A DNA stretch of 64,000 nt from positions 201 to 64,200 of the forward strand of contig WTBR01000027.1 in the NCBI GenBank assembly GCA_013138975.1, read 5' to 3'. Position numbers and translations under genes: made by a program. Origin of the DNA: Bacteroidales bacterium (GTDB lineage: Bacteria; Bacteroidota; Bacteroidia; Bacteroidales; UBA12077). Within the stretch, counting starts at the first letter, position 1; each line of letters begins with the position of its first letter. Of this stretch, positions 46,224 to 58,600 are shown one piece after another. The notes beneath the pieces were generated by a model that had not been told where the DNA came from, did no database searches, and was given only the letters and a program-made list of their open reading frames with translations.

Positions 46224-49200
46224 AATTCAAAATTTTCTATATTAGTATCTTTAATAATATTTTTTTGTGTAATAGATCCTATTAATGCTGAAATCTCACT
46301 AATAGTTGGATGAGCAAAAATATCAGCCAATAAAAGAAACACTTTATATTTATAATTAATTTTAGAAATTACAATGTTAGCTTTGAGAGAGTGACCTCCC
46401 AAATCAAAGAAATTAGCATTAATACTAATTTTTTCTTTAGGTATATTTAAGACTTCGGACCATATTGCTATAAGAGCTGATTCAATTTCATTTGTAGGTG
46501 CAATATAATCATCTCCAACTTTAACCTCTGGTTTAGGTAAAGCAGTTTTATCTATTTTACCATTTGGAGTTAATGGTAATTCTTGAATTTCCACATAATA
46601 AGAAGGAATCATGTAGGTAGGAAGGTTTTCCTTAAGATAATCATGTAATAATTGTTTTAAGCCAGGAATAGAATCTTTTGGAATATAATATGCACATATT
46701 AATTTATCTTCATCTTTCTCTCCAACAACTGTTACAACTACATTATCTAGTTTTCCATGAGTAAGCATTACCGAACGAATATCTTCTAGTTCTATTCGAA
46801 TGCCCCTTATTTTAATTTGATTATCAATCCTTCCTAATAATTCTATTTGTCCATTCTCAAGCTCTCTACCTAAGTCCCCTGTTTTATACAAAAAATCAGT
46901 TTCATCTAGGTTAAATGGATTTTTTATAAAATATTGTATATTTAATTCTTTTGCATTGTAATATCCTTTGGTTCTATAAGGAGTACGAATATGCACCTCT
47001 CCCTTTACTCCTATTGGGCAAATATTTAAATATTTATCCAGGATTATAAATTTTGATCCTTTGATAGGATTCACGGGTATTAACGAACGATTAACATCTT
47101 TTGGCTTTATTCTGTAAGCAGACTTTGCAAGTGTGGTTTCAGTTGGCCCATAAACATTTAACAGTTGAATTCGATCATTATAAATCTCATACCAATCTTT
47201 TAATTCCAATGGATTTATTTTTTCACCTGCCAGTAAAATATATTTTAAAGATTTAAAATTATCTTTATTTAAGTTTGCTTGATTTATTAATTTAAAGAGA
47301 CTTGGAACACAATGTATTAAGTTGATTTCGTTATCATCAATCCATTGTACTAATTTTACAGAATCTTTCATTGATTCTTCTTCAATAATACAAATAGTAC
47401 CACCTGAACACAAAGGAACAAAGATGTCTCTTAAAAAGACATCAAACCCAATGCTAGTAAACTGACTAATATTATATTTTTGGGTTATATCTAGTTCATT
47501 TATTTCCCAATCAATAAAATGTAATAAACTTTTATTTTCTCCTATTATCGCTTTTGGAGTACCAGTTGTACCAGAAGTAAAATAAATATATATCGAATCA
47601 TCAGGTAAATATTTTATGTCTTCCAATATATTTTTCCCACTAATCGATTCGATAAAGGTATTGTTTTCAATATCTATTATTTGAATTGATAAATCATTAA
47701 TATATTCTTGTTGCAGTGTTTGATAATTTTTTTTATCAGCAAAAATGCAGTTAATCGCTGTTAATTTAATCATCCTTTTTATCCTGTTTAAAGGATATGT
47801 ATTATCAAGAGGCACAAAAACACACCCTGATTTAATAATTCCTAATATTAAAGATATTACTTCTACCCTGTCGGTTACGTATATTCCAATAAATGTTTCT
47901 TTTTTAATTCCAAATTTCTGAATTAATGTAGCAATACCAATGGCTTTACTATATAATTCGCTATATTTTACATCTCCATTTTTAGCTCGTATCGCAACAT
48001 TTTCTGAATAAGTAGTAAAACTTTTATCTAAATGATTCTGAATACAACACGATTCTATTTCTTTTTGTTTCAAATTAGAATTAAAGTCCCTTATTTTATT
48101 TTCTTTTTCTTTTTCTTCAATTACATCTATTTTTGATAATAAAACTTGTGGGTTTTGGAGTATTTGTTCAATAATCCTCTTAAAACATCCAATTATTCTG
48201 TTTATTGTTTTATCCTTAAATAGTTTTGTTCTATACTCTATGTTAAGTGAAATTATATCAACACCTTCAATTACACGAAAATATAAATCAAATTTAGTAC
48301 TTCGCATACTATGCACATATTTCTCTTCTTCCGTATCACTATTAGAAATTATATTGTATTTTTCACTTTTTATTAAATTAAATAGCACATCGAAAACCGG
48401 ATTTCGACCTATATCACGAGGTGCATTAAGCTGATCAACAATATCTTCAAATTGATATTCCTGATTCTCATAAGCCTGTAACGTGTTATTTTTTACTTCT
48501 GATAAAAACTCATTATAACTTTTTTCGCCTATCGGGAAATTACGCATTATCAAAGTATTTAGAAAAACTCCAATAATCTTTTCTAAATCCACATGATTAC
48601 GTCCGGCAACTGGTGTCCCAATAATGATATCTTCTTGATCGCAAATCTTAGACAACAGTATATTGAACACAGATAATAAAAAAATATACAATGTTGTTTT
48701 GGTTTCTTGTACTAATGCCTTTATCAAATCAGTTTGTTCTCTATCTACTATAACATGTACATATGCTCCCTCAAATTCCTTAACCAAGGGTCTTGTATAA
48801 TCAAATGGTAAATCCAAAACCTGAAGCTCCCCTGATAACATATTAAGCCAATACTTCTTCTGCTTATTTATTCGTTCTTGTTGTTCCTTACTATTTTGCC
48901 ATTCACTAAAATCCTTATATTGTAAACGTAATAGATCCAACTTTTCCCCTAATAATAATTGATTGAACTCTTCTTCAAGTACAGTATGAGAATGCCCATC
49001 ACAAATAATGTGATGCATATCTACAATTAGTACTGATTTTCTCCCTTTTATTTGTAATAACTCAACCCTAAGTAAGGGAGTTTGTGATAAATCAAATGGG
49101 CGAATAAATTCTATCCGTTTATTTTCTAAGAAATTTTCTTCTATAGTTTCTTCAATTATTTTAAAGTCCACCTTCGAATGAATTCGCTGAACAAGAGATT

Positions 49201-52200
49201 CATCTTTCATCTCAAAACTGGTTCTGAAATTTTCATGCCTACTGATAATTTTGCTAAAAATTAATTCTAACCTTTCTTTACTTATTATTTCTGGCAAGTG
49301 AATTTGCATTGGCATATTATAAGCCGTATTTTTCGGCTCCATTTGTTGTAAAATAAACAAACGTTTTTGGGCTGAGGATACATCATAATACTCTCGATGT
49401 TCTGCTTTTGATATGACAATAAAATCTTTCATATTGCTTGCCCCTATATTGCAATACAGGTCTCTAATAGTTGAATGTAAAAACACTTCTTTTAAGGTGA
49501 ATTTAACACCCATTTCTTTATGGATTTTTCCCATTAACATTGAAGCTTTAAGTGAATGTCCACCTAAAGCAAAAAAATTATCCTTAACGCCTATTTCTTC
49601 TCTTGGAACATTTAATACTTCTGACCAAATTTCTACTAATTTTTCTTCTACTTTATTTGATGGGGCAACATATTTGTCGCTCGCTTTTACTTCAGGAAAA
49701 GGTAATACCTTACGATTTAGTTTCCCATTAGTAGTTAAGGGTAATTCATCTAATTCTACAAAATAAGATGGAATCATATAATCTGGCAAAAAATCTTTTA
49801 TATAACTTCTACACTCTTCCTTATCAAAACTATTTTCACATATTATATAAGCACACAAATACTTTTCGTCATTATCTTCCCGAGCTAAAACAACACATTC
49901 TTTTATATTTTCATATTTCAGCAAAGTGCTTTCTATCTCGCCTAACTCGATCCTATAACCCCGAATTTTTACTTGTTGGTCAATCCTGCCTAAAAATTCA
50001 ATATTACCATCCGGCATCCAACGAGCTAAATCACCTGAGCGATATAATCGTTCCCCTTTTTTAAAGGGATGTAATATAAACTTCTCTGCTGTTAGATTAT
50101 CATTATTTGCATAACCACGACTTAAGCCAGTACCTCCTATGCATATTTCACCAGCGACTCCTACTGGTAATAATTCTAAAGAATTTCCTAAAACATAAAC
50201 AGAAGAATTCAATATAGGACTCCCAATAGGAATATTGTCAACATAATCCTTTTCACATTCATAGTACAATGCACATACGGTTGTTTCTGTTGGACCATAA
50301 GTGTTGTAAACCCTAGAAAATGCTATTATATTATTAATATAGGAATAGCGCAATTGATCTCCCCCACTTATAAAGAGCCTTACATTAAGTAATACATGAG
50401 AAGGAAATAAATTTATCTCATTTAGCAATAAAGGAGAACAACTTATAACCGTTATATTGTAATTCAATATTAATTCACCAATCTTTTCTACATCTAATAT
50501 CTCATCCTTTCCCATAACTGCAAGCATTCCTCCTTGTGTTAGAATTGGATATACTTCCTCTACAAATGTATCAAATGAAATAGATGCTTGTTGCATCATA
50601 ACATCTCTAGAATTAAGGCAAAACTCTTCCTGAAAAGCGCTGATGTATGAAACTACATTTCTATGTTCAACTATTACACCTTTAGGTTTACCTGTCGAGC
50701 CTGACGTGTAAATTATATATGAAAGATCAGATGGTTTGTTAATGTTCTCCAAATTACTTTTAGACCCTTGATATATTCTTTTATCATCTAAATCAATACC
50801 AATTCCTATATTTCTAAAATTGCTTAAATTAACTTGTGAAAAAAATAAAATATCAATTTCAGAATCTTCAACAGTATAATGAATTCTCTCTTCAGGATAA
50901 CTACTATCTATCGGAACATAACACCCTCCTGATTTCATAATCCCTAACATCCCTATTAGCATAAGTAATGAATGATCTGCTAGTAATCCTATTTTGCTTC
51001 CGTTAACAACTCCCTTATTTCTGCAATATCTAGATAATTGATTTGCCCTACTATTTAATTCTCGATATGTTAAACATCCTTCTCCTTTTAATACCGCAAT
51101 ATTATCTGGCGTTCTTTTTACTTGCTCTTCAAATAATTGATGAATAACTTTATCTTTAGGATAATCTCTTGCTGTATCATTAAATTCATAAAGCAACTGC
51201 CGTTTCTCAGATTCAGTAAGGATATTCAATTCACTGATAGTTTGGACAGAGTTGTCAGAGAAACTCTTAACTAATTCTTTGAAGTATCCTATAAAGCGTT
51301 CTATCGTTTCAGGCTTAAATAACTTCGTGCTATATTCAAATATCAATTCTATGCCCGATCCACAATCTAATGCCGTTAAACTTAAATCAAACTTCGAAAT
51401 ATTTTTTATATGATGTAATTCTTCATCTATCAAATTTATTGTTTCATGTTGTGTTACTTCACTATAATTGAACATTACATCAAACAAAGGATTACGGCTT
51501 GTGTCACGATCTTTGACAATTTTTTCTACTAAATCCTCAAACGGGTACTCTTGGTTCTCATATGCTTCAAGAGTATTCTCCTTTAATAAATGGAAATAAT
51601 CTCGTATACTACTTTCTCTATTTACCTCATTGTGTAAAGCTAATGTATTAACAAACATTCCTGTAACACAATCCAATTCAGCATTGCGACGAGCAGCAAT
51701 TGGAAGGCCAACAATAATATCTTCTTGACCACTTAACTTTGATAAAAGAATATTATATATAAACAATAGTGACATAAAAGGAGTTAAACCATGCTCCTTA
51801 CAAAGATCTCTTATGATACTTGTTTCTTCTGAACTTAGCATAAAACGCACACTCGAACCAGTAAAATCCTGCATTTTAGGGCGACTAAAATCAGTTGGCA
51901 GTTGCAAAACAGGAATTTCACCACTAAACCTCTCTAACCAATACTGTTTTTGTTCATTTATCTGATCCTGTTGTTCTTTGCTATTTTGCCATTCACAGTA
52001 ATCTTTGTATTGTAAACGTACAGGTTTTATTTCTTCTCCATTTAATAATTTTGTAAATTCTTCTGCTAGAATTGCATGAGAACGACCATCACTGATGATA
52101 TGATGCATATCTAGCATTAACATATCAGAACCATCGGAGACTTCCAAATAAGCTATCCGAAATAAGGGAGCAATACTTAGGTCAAATGATTGAATAAACG

Positions 52201-52690
52201 ATTCACGAACGCTCGATATTTCTTCTTTACTTATTTGGTATTCTGATAAACTAAAAGAAACTTCTGGATGGATTCGCTGAATAAGTAAATCTTCAACAGC
52301 TTCAAAACTTGTACGGAAAATTTCATGACGAGAAATTAATATCTTGAAAACTCTTTCGATATCAGACTTACTTAATCTATCAGGTACAGAAAAAATATTT
52401 GGAATATTATAAGCTATACTATATAAATCCATTTGCTGTAACAAATACAAACGACGCTGAGAAGATGATAATTTATAAAAAGATTTTAATTCACAATTCC
52501 TAATAACTTCAAAAGAATCACTTTTATATCTCTTAAGATAGCTTATTATATCATCCTTTTTCATTTTTAAGGATGATAGTAAATCATTAGTTAAAGCGGT
52601 TTTATTACCTTTAACTTTAAGTTGATCATTAAGAAGTTCAATGCGTATACCTTTATCCTTAAGATCTATAATTAAATCAATAATACTCAT
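46220..52690 (-). CDS. NRPS subunit: dock-C-A(Lys-like code)-T-C-A(atypical subtype)-T
   Basis: 2156-aa ORF whose ATG overlaps the upstream TGA (ATGA at 52687-52690). C1 MHHIISDGRS (HH 52100-52105). A1 YIIYTSGSTGKPKGV (~50688-50735), code DTESIGTVCK (compare Lys, DAESIGSVCK). T1 FFALGGHSLKA (Ser 49553-49555). C2 MHHIICDGHS (HH 49010-49015). A2 IYIYFTSGTTGTPKAI (~47549-47600), with a4 FDVFLRD and an atypical a6 GEVHIRTPYRTKGYY. T2 FFDLGGHSLKA (Ser 46388-46390). Confidence 0.92.
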   Translation of the reverse strand: MSIIDLIIDLKDKGIRIELLNDQLKVKGNKTALTNDLLSSLKMKKDDIISYLKRYKSDSFEVIRNCELKSFYKLSSSQRRLYLLQQMDLYSIAYNIPNIFSVPDRLSKSDIERVFKILISRHEIFRTSFEAVEDLLIQRIHPEVSFSLSEYQISKEEISSVRESFIQSFDLSIAPLFRIAYLEVSDGSDMLMLDMHHIISDGRSHAILAEEFTKLLNGEEIKPVRLQYKDYCEWQNSKEQQDQINEQKQYWLERFSGEIPVLQLPTDFSRPKMQDFTGSSVRFMLSSEETSIIRDLCKEHGLTPFMSLLFIYNILLSKLSGQEDIIVGLPIAARRNAELDCVTGMFVNTLALHNEVNRESSIRDYFHLLKENTLEAYENQEYPFEDLVEKIVKDRDTSRNPLFDVMFNYSEVTQHETINLIDEELHHIKNISKFDLSLTALDCGSGIELIFEYSTKLFKPETIERFIGYFKELVKSFSDNSVQTISELNILTESEKRQLLYEFNDTARDYPKDKVIHQLFEEQVKRTPDNIAVLKGEGCLTYRELNSRANQLSRYCRNKGVVNGSKIGLLADHSLLMLIGMLGIMKSGGCYVPIDSSYPEERIHYTVEDSEIDILFFSQVNLSNFRNIGIGIDLDDKRIYQGSKSNLENINKPSDLSYIIYTSGSTGKPKGVIVEHRNVVSYISAFQEEFCLNSRDVMMQQASISFDTFVEEVYPILTQGGMLAVMGKDEILDVEKIGELILNYNITVISCSPLLLNEINLFPSHVLLNVRLFISGGDQLRYSYINNIIAFSRVYNTYGPTETTVCALYYECEKDYVDNIPIGSPILNSSVYVLGNSLELLPVGVAGEICIGGTGLSRGYANNDNLTAEKFILHPFKKGERLYRSGDLARWMPDGNIEFLGRIDQQVKIRGYRIELGEIESTLLKYENIKECVVLAREDNDEKYLCAYIICENSFDKEECRSYIKDFLPDYMIPSYFVELDELPLTTNGKLNRKVLPFPEVKASDKYVAPSNKVEEKLVEIWSEVLNVPREEIGVKDNFFALGGHSLKASMLMGKIHKEMGVKFTLKEVFLHSTIRDLYCNIGASNMKDFIVISKAEHREYYDVSSAQKRLFILQQMEPKNTAYNMPMQIHLPEIISKERLELIFSKIISRHENFRTSFEMKDESLVQRIHSKVDFKIIEETIEENFLENKRIEFIRPFDLSQTPLLRVELLQIKGRKSVLIVDMHHIICDGHSHTVLEEEFNQLLLGEKLDLLRLQYKDFSEWQNSKEQQERINKQKKYWLNMLSGELQVLDLPFDYTRPLVKEFEGAYVHVIVDREQTDLIKALVQETKTTLYIFLLSVFNILLSKICDQEDIIIGTPVAGRNHVDLEKIIGVFLNTLIMRNFPIGEKSYNEFLSEVKNNTLQAYENQEYQFEDIVDQLNAPRDIGRNPVFDVLFNLIKSEKYNIISNSDTEEEKYVHSMRSTKFDLYFRVIEGVDIISLNIEYRTKLFKDKTINRIIGCFKRIIEQILQNPQVLLSKIDVIEEKEKENKIRDFNSNLKQKEIESCCIQNHLDKSFTTYSENVAIRAKNGDVKYSELYSKAIGIATLIQKFGIKKETFIGIYVTDRVEVISLILGIIKSGCVFVPLDNTYPLNRIKRMIKLTAINCIFADKKNYQTLQQEYINDLSIQIIDIENNTFIESISGKNILEDIKYLPDDSIYIYFTSGTTGTPKAIIGENKSLLHFIDWEINELDITQKYNISQFTSIGFDVFLRDIFVPLCSGGTICIIEEESMKDSVKLVQWIDDNEINLIHCVPSLFKLINQANLNKDNFKSLKYILLAGEKINPLELKDWYEIYNDRIQLLNVYGPTETTLAKSAYRIKPKDVNRSLIPVNPIKGSKFIILDKYLNICPIGVKGEVHIRTPYRTKGYYNAKELNIQYFIKNPFNLDETDFLYKTGDLGRELENGQIELLGRIDNQIKIRGIRIELEDIRSVMLTHGKLDNVVVTVVGEKDEDKLICAYYIPKDSIPGLKQLLHDYLKENLPTYMIPSYYVEIQELPLTPNGKIDKTALPKPEVKVGDDYIAPTNEIESALIAIWSEVLNIPKEKISINANFFDLGGHSLKANIVISKINYKYKVFLLLADIFAHPTISEISALIGSITQKNIIKDTNIENFEL
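51190..52500 (-). repeat. C-domain segment related to the three T-C repeats (in the next gene)
   Basis: C1 of the 2156-aa subunit ends with the same linker, KPETIERFIGYFKELVKSFSDNSVQTISELNILTESEKRQLLYEFNDT, with long nucleotide runs shared with 57640-57770 and 54500-54630. Confidence 0.6.
52523..52690 (-). other. TubC-type N-terminal docking region
   Basis: MSIIDLIIDLKDKGIRIELLNDQLKVKGNKTALTNDLLSSLKMKKDDIISYLKRY. The upstream subunit ends ...SDSEDIEVLL. Confidence 0.6.
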
Positions 52691-55600
52691 AATAATACTT
52701 CTATGTCTTCTGAATCAGAATTGATTTCTTCAACATTAATAGAAATCAGTGAAACAATTTTAGCTAATTTAATAATTGATGGATTTGAAAAAACTTCTTG
52801 AAAAGGTATCTTTATATTAAACTCCTTATGAATTTGATATACTAAGGAAGTTACCTTTAATGAGCTTCCTCCCAATTCAAAAAAGTTAGCATCTGTACTA
52901 ATTTTCTCTTTTGAAATATTTAATATATTTGACCAAATATTAGAAAGTTTTTCCTCTATTTCATTAGAGGGAGTAATAAATTCTTTATTATACTTTAAAT
53001 CAGGATCCGGTAGAATTTTCTTATTAATCTTTCCATTTAATAATAAAGAAAAAGTATCCATCATTATAAAATAAGAAGGAAGCATATAATCCGGAAGGAA
53101 CTTTAATATATGTGATCGTAGTATTTCCTCTAAGTTAACTCCTTTCTTTTTAGGAATAACATAAGCACAAATATACTTTTCGCCTGTATTATCTTCACGT
53201 GAAATTACAATCGTATCTTTTAATGCAGAATGTTTTAGTAAACAATTCTCAATCTCGCCTAACTCAATCCTAAATCCGCGAATTTTTACTTGATTATCCA
53301 GACGATCTAAAAATTCAATATTACCATCCGGTAGCCATCTTGCTAAATCACCTGTTTTATATAACAGTTCTTCTTTTTCAAAAGGATTTAAGATAAGTTT
53401 TTTATTTGTTAGTTCTTGGTTATTTAAATACCCTATCATCAATCCATCTCCACTTAGACCTATTTCTCCAGCTACACCTATGGGTTGTATATTATTCCAC
53501 TTATCCAATATATATGTTCTTGTATTTTCTACATTTTTACCAATTGGAATATTCTTGTATTTTTTTTCAACTTTGAAACGCGTTGCTAATACTGTATTCT
53601 CTGTAGGTCCATAATTATTGTATAACTCATATGATGTATTTATGAATGTTCTTAATTTATCTCCTCCAGTTAAAAGTATACGTAAAGAAGTATTATTGTA
53701 TTTTATAAACTGCTCACATATTTGTGTTGGAAGAAAACTAATTGTAATATCTCTTTCTTCAAAAAATTCATTCATTTTAGCAATATCAAGTTTACAATCA
53801 TCAGGAATTATATATAATGATGCTCCTATTATCAATCCTGGAAAAATTTCCCAAATTGAAGCATCAAAACTCATATCAGCATATTTACTTATATGATCTT
53901 TTTTATTTATTTCAAATTTATTAATATGCCCCCAGCATAAATTAACAAGTGATTGTGTATTTACTAAAACACCCTTTGGAATCCCAGTTGATCCAGATGT
54001 ATAAATAATATAACTATATTTATTTTCTCCTTGTTTCGATTTTGTTTTTATCTGAGTTGAAAAATTTTTATTTTTTATTAAATCATCAATTATCAACACA
54101 GTACACAAATCATGATTTTGTTTTATTTTTTCATTTGATAATAATACTTTCATATTACTATCCTTAATTGTATAATTTAGTCTAGCTTCAGGTGTTTTTA
54201 ATGATAAAGGAATAAAACATCCTCCCAGCTTAGAAATTGAGATTATTCCAATTATAAAATTAATAGATTGTTTATAACATATACCTACTATATCATCATT
54301 TCTAACACCATTTTCTTGAAGTATATTAGCTATAATATTAACTTTCTTACTAAATTCTAAATAAGTTATAACTTGATCATTATGAACCAAGGCTACAATA
54401 TCTGGTGTACTTTCTACTTGTTCCTCAAATAAATGATAAATAGTCTTGTCTTTTGGATAATCTGTCCTTGTATCGTTAAAATCATATAATAATTGCTGTT
54501 TCTCAGATTCAGTAAGAATATTTAATTCACTGATAGTTTGAACTGAGTTGCCAGAGAAACTCTTAACTAATTCTTTGAAATGTCCTATAAAGCGTTCTAT
54601 CGTTTCAGGTCTAAATAGTTTCGTACTATATTCAAAACTTAACTGTAATTCAGAACCTAGCTTCAAAGCTGTTAAACTTAAATCAAATTTAGAAACCCCT
54701 TTTTTATGATTTAAATTTCTCTCTGTTGAATCTTGTCCTTCTTGCAATCCTCCTTCCAACAAATTAAACATTACATCGAATAACGGATTGTGACTAGTAT
54801 CTCTATTTTTTACAACAAGATCTACTAAATCCTCAAACTGATATTCTTGGTTTTCGTATGCTTCTAAAGTATTCTCTTTTAAATCTTGCAGATAATCAAT
54901 TAAACATTTATCTCCTGAAACATCATTACGTATTGTCAGGGTATTTACAAACATCCCTACTATAACATCCAAATCTGCATGGCGTCGTGCTGCTATCGGA
55001 CTTCCTACAATGATATCTTCCTGACCACTTAATTTAGATAGCAAGATTGTGAAAACTGATAACAATGACATATATAGTGTGAGACCTTGTTCCCTGCAAA
55101 TGTCTTGAATTATTACTGTTTCTTCTGCTGACAATATAAAACCTACTCTCGCTCCTTCGAAACTCTGTATTACCGGACGAGAATAATCCGTGGGAAGTTC
55201 TAGTACAGGAAGTTCGTCTGTAAACTTATCTAACCAGTATGCTTCCTGTCCTTTTATTCTTTCTTGTTGCTCCAGGCTATTTTGCCACTGTGAATAATCT
55301 TTATATTGTAAGCGTAAAGGCTCTAATTCTTTTCCTTCTATTAATTGATTAAACTCTTCTTCCAAAATGGCATGAGACTTTCCATCACTTATGATATGAT
55401 GCATATCGATAAGCAACATATCATCGCCATCACTAATTTCTACATATGCCACGCGCAATAAAGGTGCTAAGCTTAGGTCAAAGGCTTGTACAAAATTTTT
55501 GCGAACATTAGATAGTTCAGCATTTGTTATCTTGTATTTATCAATCCAAAATGAAACCTCTGAATGGATGCGTTGCACCGGTAACCCATCTTCTACTTCG

Positions 55601-58600
55601 AAACTCGTCCTGAAGTTTTCGTGTTGTGAGATCAATTGATTAAAAGCATCTTCAATTTGGTACTTTTCGTGACCTTCGGGTACAGCTATTAATCCCGGCA
55701 TATTATATGCCGTACTCCCTAAATCCATCTGTTGCAATAAATACAAACGGCGTTGAGATGAGGATAAGGGATAATATTCTTCTATTCTTGCCTTTGGAAT
55801 TGAAAAGTACGATATACTCTCTGATGAATTTATCAACTCTGCTTGCCCTTGGACGGTCGGATATTGAAAAACTTCACGCAACTCTAAACGTACATCTAAT
55901 TCTTTATGGATTCGGGATACTAAAACCGTTGCTTTTAGGGAATGACCTCCCAGCTCGAAGAAACTCACAGTGGTACTGATCTCTTTCGATGCTATAGCTA
56001 ATACTTCTGACCAAATCTTTATTAATTTCGTCTCTATTAAGGTTTTTGGAGCCTCATATGATGATCCTGCTTTTATTTCCGGTGTCGGCAAAGATTTGCG
56101 GTCTATTTTACCATTACTGGTTAATGGTATCTTGGCTAATTCCACAAAATATGTTGGAATCATATAATCTGGCAATAAGCCAGATAAATAAATCCGTAAG
56201 GCTTGCTCTACTTTATTTTCCTGACTCTTGATAACTACATAAGCACATAAATATTTCTCCCCTCTCTGGTCTTCCCTACACAATACAACACACTCCTTTA
56301 CACCTGAGTATTTCAATATGCTGCTTTCAATCTCTCCTAACTCGATCCTAAAACCTCTAATTTTTACCTGAGAATCAATCCTTCCAAAAAATTCTATGTT
56401 GCCATCGGGAAGCCAACGAGTTAAGTCTCCTGTACGATATAATCGTCCACCTTTTATAAATGGATGTTCTATGAATTTTTCTGATGTTAATTTCTCCTGT
56501 TTCAAATACCCTCGTGATAACCCTACTCCAGAGATCATCAACTCCCCTACAACCCCTATAGCCTTAGCATTTAGCGTGTTTTTATCTAGTATATACAATT
56601 GTATATTATCTATTGGTTTCCCAATTGGAATGTTTTGAAAATCAATACCCCTTTTACATTCGAAATATGAAACATCAACAGTAGCTTCTGTGGGTCCATA
56701 AAGGTTAACTAACTTTGTATTAATATTCTCTTTGAATAGGTCATAAAATCCTTTCACTTGATTAGCCTTTAATACTTCACCACTTGAAAATACATATTTC
56801 ATACTTCCAAGATTAAATTCAGGAGAATCTTCACTTATTACATTAAAAAAAGCTTCTAACATCGATGGCACAAAATGCATCACATTTATCTTGTGTTCGT
56901 CAATTGTATTTGCTATTATGACTGGATCTTTTTCTCCTTCCGGTTCTAACATAAAAACACTAGCTCCTATAAACGACCACCAAAACAACTCCCAAACTGA
57001 AACATCAAAAGTATATGGCGTCTTTTGCATTACTACATCATTTAGTTCAATTGGATATTCCTTTTGCATCCACATTATTCGGTTGACAACAGAATGATTT
57101 TCAATCGGCACTCCTTTTGGCTGTCCTGTGGTTCCTGATGTATAAATTATATATGCCAAATCATTAGGCTGCCTTGTTACATCCTTTTGTTGTTGGAAAC
57201 AAGGAATTGATTCTAAGACATCCAGATTTATAATTTCAATATGTGTTGTTAACTTCTCCTGATATTTTGTTTGAGTTAACACCAAATTACATTCACTTTC
57301 AGCCATAATATATTCAAAACGGGATATAGGCATATCTGGCATCAACGGTAAATAACAACAACCTGACTTAAGAACTCCCATTAATCCAACAATCATCTCA
57401 ATAGACCTATCAAGCATCAGTCCTATTACTCTTCCTGAATGAATTCCTTTCGATCTAATAATTTTAGCTAATTTATCAGATCTATTCCATAAATCAGTAT
57501 AAGTTATTGATTGGTTTTTTGTTGAAACAGCAATATTTTTTGGAAACCTTCTCGCCGACTCTTCAAACAGCTGATATACAGATTTATCTGATGGATAATC
57601 TGTCCGTGTATCATTAAACTCATATAACAACTGCTGTTTCTCAGCTTCAGTAAGAATATTTAATTCACTAATAGTTTGAACTGAGTTACCAGAGAAACTC
57701 TTAACTAATTCTTTGAAGTATCCTATAAAGCGTTCTATCGTTTCAGGTCTAAATAGTTTCGTGCTATATTCAATATTTAACTGTAATTCAGATTCTAGGT
57801 TTAGTGCTGTTAAACTTAAATCAAATTTTGAAATCCCTTGAATATGTTTTAACTCTTCTTTTGATGAATCTTTTACTTCTTGGAATTCGCCTTCCAATAA
57901 ATTAAACATTACATCAAATAACGGATTACGGCTAGTGTCTCTATTTACAACAAGCTTTTCTACTAAATCTTCAAACTGATATTCCTGATTTTCGTATGCT
58001 TCTAAGGTATTTTCCTTTAATTCCTGCAAATAATCAATCAGTTGCTTATCTCCTGAAACATCAGATCGTATTGCAAGAGTATTTACAAACATTCCTACTA
58101 TATCTTCCAAATCCGAATGACGACGGGCAGCTATTGGGCTACCTACAATAATATCTTCCTGACCGCTTAATTTGGATAACAAAATTGTGAAAACTGATAA
58201 CAAGGACATGTATAATGTAAGACCTTGTTCCCTGCAAATGTCATGAATCATTGCTGTTTCTTCCGGGGGCAGTACAAAACGCACGCTGGCTCCTTCAAAA
58301 CTTTGCATAACAGGACGTGGATAATCAACAGGAAGTTCCAATACAGGAAGTTCGTCTGTAAACTTATCGAGCCAGTAAGACTCCTGCTCTTTTATCCTTT
58401 CTTGCTGACCTGAACTGTTTTGCCACTCACTATAATCTTTATATTGTAACCGTAATGGTTCTAATTCTTTTCCAACTAGTAATTGATAAAACTCTTCTTC
58501 TAAAATGGAATGTGACTTTCCGTCACTTATGATATGATGCATATCTACGAACAACATATCATCACCATCACTGATCTCTAAATACGCTACTCGTAACAGG

